From Deltaproteobacteria bacterium (lineage in GTDB: Bacteria > Myxococcota_A > Polyangia > Polyangiales > Houyiibacteriaceae), in assembly GCA_034670305.1 (NCBI GenBank), contig JAXMNT010000014.1, positions 87,440 through 151,439 of the forward strand: a stretch of 64,000 bases of DNA, read 5' to 3'. The translations under genes were made by a program, and so were the position numbers. Below, one piece after another: positions 1 through 8,100 of this stretch. The notes beneath the pieces were generated by a model. That model was not told the origin of the DNA, ran no database searches, and saw only the letters and a program-made list of their open reading frames with translations. Each line of letters starts with the position of its first letter. Position 1 is the first letter of the stretch.

Positions 1-852
1 GAAGCCGTTGAGCACCGGGTTGGCGCGCATGATGAGCATCGTCGCACCCATGCCCGCGTAGCGGTTCATCACCCGACTGAACTTGGAGCTCGGGACCCAC
101 AGGTTGAGCGAGGGGATGAGGAGGAGCCCGCCGGGCTTCCACGGGAGCTGGTAGGTGAGGTCGAAGCGGCTGTCGCCCCACTGCATTTCACGCCGGTTGT
201 GCGTGATCTCGGACGCGGTGAGCTGAACGCTCAGGTCCTGGCGGAAGCCGAGGGAGAGCGCGGGGGTGAAGTTCCAGCGTGGGCGAATCGAGTACCACGT
301 GCTGACGTTGGGGTTGTAGGTGAGCTGGCCTTCGGGCGTGAGGGTTCGAACCGTGAGGCTCGGGCTGAACGTGAAGGGTGCGGACCACGGGAGACCGGCG
401 GTCGGGTTGGCGCTCGCGAGTCGACTCGAGGTGCTGAGTTCTTCTTCGCCGTCGCTCGCGGGTCCGCCACGGCGTCGACGCGGTGTGGGCGTCGCCGCTT
501 CTTCGCCTTCGCCCTCGGCGGCGCGAAGGTCGTCCTCGACGCGGGTCTCGGCGACGCCGAGTTCGTCGGCGCTCTCGCCAGCCGGCGCGGTGACCGGAGC
601 GGAGACCTCGGGTTCCGGTTCGGAGACTTCGGGCTCGGGATCGGCGGCCGCTTCGGCCTCCTCCTCGAGTTCTTCCTCGATCTCGCTCGGGACCGCCGGC
701 GGTGCCTCTGCGGGGACGGTGGGCGCGCCGGGCGCACCGACGTTGTTGCCGGGATCGGCGCCTTCGTCCTGCGCGGACGCCTGCTGCGCCGTCGCCATCG
801 AAAGCGTGGCGATGAGCACGCCAAGCAAAATGCGCAAAGATGCGTTTCTCAA
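1..852 (-). CDS. Secreted/outer-membrane protein, partial (runs off window)
   Basis: Read manually: TTG at 852 opens MRNASLRILLGVLIATLSMATAQQASAQD (signal peptide), an acidic Pro/Glu linker, then aromatic beta-strand-like sequence; frame open to position 1. Confidence 0.7.
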   Translation of the reverse strand, partial: MRNASLRILLGVLIATLSMATAQQASAQDEGADPGNNVGAPGAPTVPAEAPPAVPSEIEEELEEEAEAAADPEPEVSEPEPEVSAPVTAPAGESADELGVAETRVEDDLRAAEGEGEEAATPTPRRRRGGPASDGEEELSTSSRLASANPTAGLPWSAPFTFSPSLTVRTLTPEGQLTYNPNVSTWYSIRPRWNFTPALSLGFRQDLSVQLTASEITHNRREMQWGDSRFDLTYQLPWKPGGLLLIPSLNLWVPSSKFSRVMNRYAGMGATMLIMRANPVLNGF

Positions 853-1203
853 GATCGACTCCACCGAAAATCCAAATCCCAACCCAAACCGAGGATGCGA
901 GGGGCGTTTCTCCCACATGCCCTAGGCTTGTCAACGCTCGCCCGTCACGTGACGCACGATCCGGTGGCCTGAGCAGGCCCCCAGGCGCTGTTACTCAAGA
1001 TGCGTGCCTACCGCTTCGAAGGGGCCCGATCGCCCTGATCTCGGGGGTTTAGACCGTGGCCGGCTTGGGAAGACGGGGCCATTCAGGCGCCCCATCGCGG
1101 ACTGAGATGGATCGCACGGTCCAACCGGAGAGAAAGCCGCGTGATTCCAGATATTTGGGGTTCGTGCGATCTTTGACGCCTCACCCGTTGGGGTCGGTAC
1201 GCG

Positions 1204-1710
1204 TCAGCCGTTCGGGTCGGTCGGGTCGTCGAACTGGGGCAAGCCCTTGGTGGCTTCCTCGTAGTCGTCGAGGTGGGTCATGACGGTCGCCTCCTCGAGC
1301 ACGACCGGTGCGAGGACCGAAGGCACGGCGGTCGCGTCGTCGAGGATGGCCGCCGGCGCGGGGACCATCGTGGCGTCGTCGTCTTGGTACGCGGGGATCG
1401 CAGCGGGCGGCGGAACGGGGGCCACCGGTGGAACGGGTGCTGGGGGCGTGGGGTCTGGATGTGCCGTTGCTGCCCCGCCCTGCTCCGGGTGAAACCCGTG
1501 GTGCTCCGGTTCGATCGGCGGCTCCTCCTGGCGACGGATCAAGACCCGCACCCCGAGTTGCCACGTGAGGCCGATCGCCAGGAACCCCAAACCGAACCGT
1601 TCCCCGATCGGCGAGTACCGAATGCCGTACGCGTAGGTCAGGAAAAAGATGCCGATCCCGATGAACCACAACGGCCACACCGCCGCGTACTTGTCGTGCT
1701 CCGAGGCCAC
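1204..1710 (-). CDS. Hypothetical membrane protein (2 TM + Pro/acidic tail)
   Basis: 3' part of ORF 1204..1965; hydrophobic segments VWPLWFIGIGIFFLTYAY and FGLGFLAIGLTWQLGV; start placed at GTG 1710 to avoid overlap. Confidence 0.6.
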   Translation of the reverse strand: MASEHDKYAAVWPLWFIGIGIFFLTYAYGIRYSPIGERFGLGFLAIGLTWQLGVRVLIRRQEEPPIEPEHHGFHPEQGGAATAHPDPTPPAPVPPVAPVPPPAAIPAYQDDDATMVPAPAAILDDATAVPSVLAPVVLEEATVMTHLDDYEEATKGLPQFDDPTDPNG

Positions 1711-1786
1711 TGCGCGGGAGCATAGCGTGTCGTCCGCACTTCCGGCCCAGCGGTTGACGTATCCTGGCTCCGTGACCGCGCCCGCC

Positions 1787-2428
1787 ATGAAGAAGTTGGA
1801 CTTTGTCCGCCGCCCTCCCGAAGAGATGCGCAAACGCGCCGCCGGGTTCCACACCGATCTGGTTCGCCGCCGTTCGGTCCGACACTTCTCTACGGAGCCG
1901 GTGCCGCTCGACGTGCTCGAGCGCTGCATCGAAACCGCCGGGCAGGCCCCGAGCGGCGCCAACAAACAGCCGTGGCGTTTCGTGCTGGTGACCGACCCGG
2001 CGGTGAAGACGAAGATCCGGGAAGCGGCGGAGAAAGAAGAGCGCGAGTTCTATGGAGGGCGCGCGCCGGACAAGTGGATCGACGACCTGCGGGCGCTCGA
2101 CACCGGACCGGACAAACCGTTTCTCGAGGAGGCGCCCGCGCTGATCGTCGTACTGGCCCAGCGCCATGGCGAGACCCGCGAAGAGCGGCACTACTACGTG
2201 AACGAATCGGTCGGCATCGCGACCGGCTTCTTGTTGGCCGCGCTTCACCACGCCGGCCTCGCGACCCTCACCCACACGCCGAGCCCGATGGGGTTTTTGG
2301 CCGAGGTGCTGGAACGTCCCGACCGCGAGCGCCCCTACTTGTTGATCCCGGTTGGGTACGCGCACCCGGAGTGCGAGGTGCCGGACATCTCCCGCAAGCC
2401 GCTCGAAGAAATTCTGGTTCGCCGCTGA
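1787..2428 (+). CDS. Nitroreductase-superfamily flavoprotein, iodotyrosine deiodinase (IYD)-like
   Basis: RRSVRHF, APSGANKQPW, EEREFY, DKPFLEEAP, ESVGIATG, LTHTPSPM motifs. Confidence 0.85.
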   Translation: MKKLDFVRRPPEEMRKRAAGFHTDLVRRRSVRHFSTEPVPLDVLERCIETAGQAPSGANKQPWRFVLVTDPAVKTKIREAAEKEEREFYGGRAPDKWIDDLRALDTGPDKPFLEEAPALIVVLAQRHGETREERHYYVNESVGIATGFLLAALHHAGLATLTHTPSPMGFLAEVLERPDRERPYLLIPVGYAHPECEVPDISRKPLEEILVRR

Positions 2429-3066
2429 CCCACGCACGGCACGTTCTGGTGGTTGACGACGACCCCGACATTCGGGAGCTGATCGCGCTCACGCTCGCGG
2501 AGCTCTACGGCTGCACGGTCACGGTGTCGCAGAGCGGAGACGACGCCCTGACGCGGCTTCGTTCAGGCGCCGTCCGGCCGGACCTGATCCTGCTCGATCT
2601 GCAGATGCCGGGCATGGGCGGGGCGGAGGTGCTGCGGGAACTGAAGTCGCGCGGCGCGAGCCGGCACATCCCGGTCGTGCTGTTGACTGGGAGCCAGGAC
2701 CCACACGGTCTGCGGGTTGCACGCACCCTTCTCAAACCGATCGACATCGAGCAACTCGGGGAGCTGCTCGAGTCGGTGGCGGCCGCCAAACCCCCGAGCC
2801 TCGACGACAAGGTCTCTGCGATCCGGGCGCGGTTCCTTCGTGGCGCTCGGGAAACTGTGGCGGGCTGGGCAGAGCGCTCCGAGGAAGACATCCGGGCGGA
2901 CGCCCACCGGCTCGCGGGCACCGCCGGACAGCTCGACCTGCAAGAGATGGCCGATCTGTTTCAGGCGATCGAACGCGACGTGGGGACCCGTTCGGTGGCG
3001 GCGGAGATCGAGGCGCTCCGAACGCAGCTGTCGGACGACGCCCCGATCGAACCCTCACCGTTCTGA
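2425..3066 (+). CDS. Response regulator receiver + C-terminal Hpt domain
   Basis: HVLVVDDD, LILLDLQMP, LLKP receiver motifs; AHRLAGTAG Hpt motif; start uncertain (CTG 2425 or GTG 2449). Confidence 0.85.
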   Translation: MTHARHVLVVDDDPDIRELIALTLAELYGCTVTVSQSGDDALTRLRSGAVRPDLILLDLQMPGMGGAEVLRELKSRGASRHIPVVLLTGSQDPHGLRVARTLLKPIDIEQLGELLESVAAAKPPSLDDKVSAIRARFLRGARETVAGWAERSEEDIRADAHRLAGTAGQLDLQEMADLFQAIERDVGTRSVAAEIEALRTQLSDDAPIEPSPF

Positions 3067-3070
3067 CCGC

Positions 3071-5059
3071 TCAGGGCACGGCAGCCGCGGCGGCTTCTTT
3101 GTCCGCCGAGCGAAGCACCCGTCGAAGCGTCGCCGCCAACGCGTCGGGCCGGATGGGCTTCAAGAGGAACGCCTTGACCCCGAGCCGGGACAAGACGAGC
3201 CAATCGGCCGCGGTTCCCGTACCAGTCAGAACCACGAGCGGCGGTGGAGAGGCGAAGTCGGAACGCACGAGGGCGGCCACCTCCATGCCGTTCTGATCGG
3301 GCAGCTGCAGATCCAACAGCACCACGTCGTACGTGGATTGTGCGAGCGCGTTGAAACACGCCTCCGCGGTACGAACCGAGTCGATCTCTCCGCGCGGAAA
3401 CGCCGCCTCCAAATACACCGTCATCAGGTCGGCGAACTCCGGGTCGTCTTCGACGATGAGGATGCGGCGCCGGTCGAGTTCCACCCGCTTGAGCTTCGCG
3501 ATGGCGTCGTCGAGCAGCGTTCGGAACTCGATGCAGCTGGCCGGTCGCTTCGCCGGGTCCTTCTCGAGCGCCGCGCGGAGGGGCGCATCGAGAAGCGGAT
3601 CGACCCCGGGCACCGAACTCGCCCGGGGCACCGGGTCGTTCACGTGCATCGCCGCCAGCCGCTCCGGCACCTGATGGCTGAACGGCAGTCGGCCCGTGAA
3701 CAGCTCGTAGGCCACCACACCGAGGGAGTACACGTCGACCCGGTCGGCGAGCTTGGCCTGCACCTGTCGCCGGACCCGCTCGGGCGCCAGGTAGGCGGGG
3801 GTGCCGACGAGCCGGGACACCCGCGCGAAGTCGTCGTTCGGCCGCACGACCCCGAAGTCCGTCACGCACACTCGAAACGAAGGACCGACCAAGAGGTTGG
3901 CGGGTTTGACGTCGCCGTGGACCAGCCCGCACTGATGCACGGCGTCGATCCCCGCCGCGGCCTGCTGGATGATGGAATGGGCGACATCGAAATCGGGGCG
4001 GCCGCTCTCGCGCACGAACTCGGCGACCGAATGCCCCTCGACCATTTCCATCACCAGGTAGGGCGAGCCGTCGTGCTCCCCAAGCGCGAAGACGCGCGCG
4101 ACGTTCGGGTGTTGCACCTGCGCCATCGCACGGGCTTCCCGCTGAAGATCCACGCTCATCCGATCATGCAGCAACTTGATGGCGACGGGGCGCTCGAGCC
4201 GCATGTCGAACCCGGACAGCACCGCACCGAACCCTCCGCGTCCGAGACTGCCGCGGACCTCATAGACGTCCCCGAGCAACGTGCCGTACGGGATCTCGAG
4301 CGGTGGCGGAGCGACCGAGACTCGGAACTGCTTCCACTCGGCGATGAGGTCCTGGAGCGAGCCACGATCGGCGGGATCGGGCTCCAAGCAGTGTCGAAGC
4401 ACCGGACCGAGCCCAGGAAAGTGATCGACCTCGATCTGGGAGACATCGGCCGGTGGCGGCGACCCGGTGGCAAAGAAGTGCGCCACCGCCGCGAGGCTGA
4501 AGACATCGGTGCGGGGGTCCAGGTGGTCGGTCGCAGGTGCCGCGTAGTTCGGGTCTCTCTCCCCCGACCTCCCCGCGAGGAGCGCCCCCTCCGTACCGAT
4601 GCTTCCGAAGCCGAGCAGTTTCACGCTCCGTTCGGTCTGATGGTGTTGCACGAACACGTGCCGAGGCTCGACCGAGCCGTGGACGAATCCGAGTTCGTGG
4701 GCGGACCGAAGCGCCTGCGCGAGCTCTCCCACCCAGCCCACCATCTCGTCCATGCTCGGCGGCGCGACCCCGACCTCCTCGGTGGCGAGCGCCCCGATCA
4801 ATGGCTCCATGACCACGTAGGCGCGGTCCGACGAGAGGACCAGATCGTACACGCGCATCAGGGCGGGTTCGTTGCCGGCGCCGCCGAGAATGCGCACTTC
4901 GCGCTCGAGCGCGGTGCGCCGGGCGGGCTCTACTTCGCCTTCCAGCAGCTGCACGCTGACCGCCCGATCGAGTCGGGTGTCCTTTGCGTGAAACCATACC
5001 GATCCACGATCCCGCGCGAACGACTCGCCGAGTTCATACCGTCCCCCGAGTGGCATCAT
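3071..5059 (-). CDS. Ser/Thr kinase: degenerate kinase + intact kinase + receiver domain
   Basis: Domain 2 has LGRGGFG, VAIK, HGDVKPAN, TDFG, GTPAYLAPE; domain 1 has HGSVEPRH/LLGFG; C-terminal ILIVEDD, LLDLQLP, LKP. Confidence 0.9.
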   Translation of the reverse strand: MMPLGGRYELGESFARDRGSVWFHAKDTRLDRAVSVQLLEGEVEPARRTALEREVRILGGAGNEPALMRVYDLVLSSDRAYVVMEPLIGALATEEVGVAPPSMDEMVGWVGELAQALRSAHELGFVHGSVEPRHVFVQHHQTERSVKLLGFGSIGTEGALLAGRSGERDPNYAAPATDHLDPRTDVFSLAAVAHFFATGSPPPADVSQIEVDHFPGLGPVLRHCLEPDPADRGSLQDLIAEWKQFRVSVAPPPLEIPYGTLLGDVYEVRGSLGRGGFGAVLSGFDMRLERPVAIKLLHDRMSVDLQREARAMAQVQHPNVARVFALGEHDGSPYLVMEMVEGHSVAEFVRESGRPDFDVAHSIIQQAAAGIDAVHQCGLVHGDVKPANLLVGPSFRVCVTDFGVVRPNDDFARVSRLVGTPAYLAPERVRRQVQAKLADRVDVYSLGVVAYELFTGRLPFSHQVPERLAAMHVNDPVPRASSVPGVDPLLDAPLRAALEKDPAKRPASCIEFRTLLDDAIAKLKRVELDRRRILIVEDDPEFADLMTVYLEAAFPRGEIDSVRTAEACFNALAQSTYDVVLLDLQLPDQNGMEVAALVRSDFASPPPLVVLTGTGTAADWLVLSRLGVKAFLLKPIRPDALAATLRRVLRSADKEAAAAAVP

Positions 5060-5126
5060 GCCGGCCTGAGCATGGCATCTTTCGCCGCCACAACGAACCA
5101 ACCGGGTTCGTTGTGGTGGACCCTCC

Positions 5127-8100
5127 CTACCTAGGGACGCTCTGCGGACGGGCCGAGCCCCGAAGCCGCCGACGCCATCCCCACAGCCCTAGGAGCAGGA
5201 GCAGCGAAGCACTGCCCGCCGGGTGGCTTCCCCCAGCCGAACACGCGCCACCGCCGGCGTACCCGCCAGGGCCGGTGGGTGTGTCGTCGGTGGGATCGAG
5301 GTAGTTCGGGATCCCGTCCCCGTCGGAGTCCTCACGCCCCTCTTCGAGGTCGGTCAGCCCGTCGTTGTCGCTGTCGGTGTCGAGCCGGTTGGGAATGCCG
5401 TCGTCGTCCACATCGTCGTCGGGACCACCAGGCAGCGCGTCGCCGTCTTCGACTTCGGTCCGGGTCGGGATGCCGTCGCCGTCGTCGTCCGTGTCCAGAT
5501 GATCGGGCAGCCGGTCGCCGTCACTGTCGCGCGGCATGCCCGCGTCGAGTTCGTCGCGGGTGGGAATGGAGTCCCCGTCGTCGTCCGTGTCGAGGTAGTC
5601 GGGCATGCCGTCGCCGTCCGTGTCGGGACACGACACTTCAGGCGGACCGCCGCACTCCACGATGTCCGGCAGCCCGTCGCCGTCGCTGTCGACGGGACCG
5701 GAGTCGCTGTCGAGGTAGTCGGGGGTGCCGTCGCCATCCGAGTCGGGACAGCCGGATGCCGGATCCGAGCACTCCATCATGTCGGGCATCGTGTCCCCGT
5801 CGGAGTCGAGGTCGAGCCAGCTCGGCAGTCCGTCGTCGTCGGGATCGTCGTTGCCCAGCGCCATCGAGTCGTTGCGTTCGGTCAACGTCGGGATGCCGTC
5901 GTTGTCGTCGTCCGGATCGAGGTAGTCGAGCCGGCCGTCCTCGTCGGAGTCTCTGGGCGACGACGCGCCACCGGCACCGAGCTCGTCGATGGTCGGAATC
6001 GAGTCGCCGTCGTCGTCGGTGTCCAGGTGGTCCGGCGTGCCGTCACCGTCCGTGTCCTGGTCGCCCTCCGGTCGTTCCTCCCGGGTGGGGATCGAATCGC
6101 CGTCGTCGTCCGGGTCGAGGTAGTCCTCGGTGCCGTCGTCGTCGGTGTCGGGGCAGCCATCCGCTGGATCGCCGCCGCACTCCACCACGTCCGCGATTCC
6201 GTCACCGTCCGTGTCGACCACGACCGAGTCGGGGTCGAGGTAGTCCGGGATTCCGTCGTCGTCGAGGTCGAGGCGGCCTTCCACGAGGTCGCTCGCTCCG
6301 TCCCCGTCGCTGTCGGTGTCCAGGTAGGCCGGGATCCCGTCGTCGTCGGGGTCGCCGAACATGGCGACGTCCATGACCTCTTGCGCGGTGTCGATTCCGT
6401 CCGCGTCGTCGTCGGTGTCCCGCCAGTCCGCCGGTTCGGTCATGTCGCGGTTCGGAAGGGGCGCCATGACGCCGCCGTCGTCCGGATCGAACGCATCGTC
6501 GAGTCCGTCCATGTCGGTGTCGTCGCCCGAAGGCTCCCGATCGGCCACTCCATCGGCGTCCGCGTCGTGGCCTTCGATCGCATCGGGGACCGTGTCCCCG
6601 TCGGTGTCGAGGTCGAGGTAGTCCGGGCTGTCGTCGCCGTCGATGTCGAAGCACGCGCCGATCGCGCCGCACTCGATCGAGTCCACGATGCCGTCGTCGT
6701 CGGCGTCGATGTCGAGGTGGTCGCTGAAGCCGTCCGAGTCGAAGTCGGGCGGTGTCGGTGCCACGCCGCCATCGTCCAGGTCGTAGGCGTCGTCGAGTCC
6801 ATCCATGTCGGTGTCGATGCCGAGCGCCGGCGTGTCGGCCGCGCCGTCGCCGTCCAGGTCGTGCGCTTCGATCGCGGTCGGGATGATGTCGCCGTCGTCG
6901 TCCGCGTCGCGGTAGTCCGGGTCGCCGTCGCCGTCGGTGTCGACGTCGCTCTCGTCCGCAGTGAGCAGCCCGTCGCCATCGTCGTCGACGTCGCGCCAGT
7001 CGGGTCGGCCGTCCTCGTCGGTGTCTTCGCAGGCGGTGAAGCCGCTGCACTCGTCGATGGTCGGGATGCCGTCGCCGTCGTCGTCCGGATCCATGTAGTC
7101 CGGATCGCCGTCGCCATCCGTGTCCGGGCAACCGTCGGCCGGGTCGCCGCCGCACTCGATCGAGTCGGGGATGCCGTCCAGGTCGGTGTCGACGGGGCTC
7201 GAGTCCGGGTCCAGGTAGTCCGGGATGCCATCCATGTCGAGATCGACGGTGCCTTCGGTCCGGTCGGGCACTCCGTCGCCGTCGCTGTCGTCGTCGTACC
7301 AAGCGTCGATGTCGTCGTCGTCCGGCGTACCGAACTCGGCCTGGTCTTCGATCTCAGTCGCGGTCGGGATCGCGTCGCCGTCGTCGTCCGCGTCGCGGAA
7401 GTCCGGCCGAGTGTCCGTGTCGGAGTTGCGGCAGGGCTGCGAGGGACACTCTTCGGTGTCGGCGAGCGTGTCGTCGTCGCTGTCCAGATCCAGGTAGTCC
7501 GGCATGCCGTCCATGTCGGTGTCTTCACAACCGGCGGGCGTCGTGCATTCGACCGCGCTCGGGATGCCGTCGTCGTCGTCGTCGTCGTCGAGGTAGTCCG
7601 GGCCCGGGGTACCGTCGCTGTCGCCGAGCGGGAACTCGGTCCGCGTCGGGATGCCGTCACCGTCGTCGTCCGCGTCCAGGAAGTCGGGCTCCGGATCGCT
7701 GTCGTGGTTCGGCGGGACCGCGCCTGGGTCGTACGCGTCGTCGAGTCCGTCCGCGTTCAGATCGGTGCCGCTCGGAATGGTGTCCGGTTCGCCGTCGCCA
7801 TCGACGTCGTGGCCTTCGGTCGCGTCGGGAACCGAGTCGTTGTCGCTGTCGAGGTCGAGGTACGCCGGCATGCGATCCATGTCCGGGTCGGCCATGCCCT
7901 CGGTCTCGTCGGTCAGCCCGTCGCCGTCCGAGTCCAGGTCGAGGTAGCCCGGGTGTCCGTCCGCGTCGAAGTCACGACACATGGTGGGCATCGGACACTC
8001 TTCCGCGGTCGGGATGCCGTCGCCGTCGTCGTCGGTGTCTCGGTAGTCGGGTCGCGGCGCACCGCCGGCGTTCGGGATCGCGGCCATCATGCCGCCCGCG

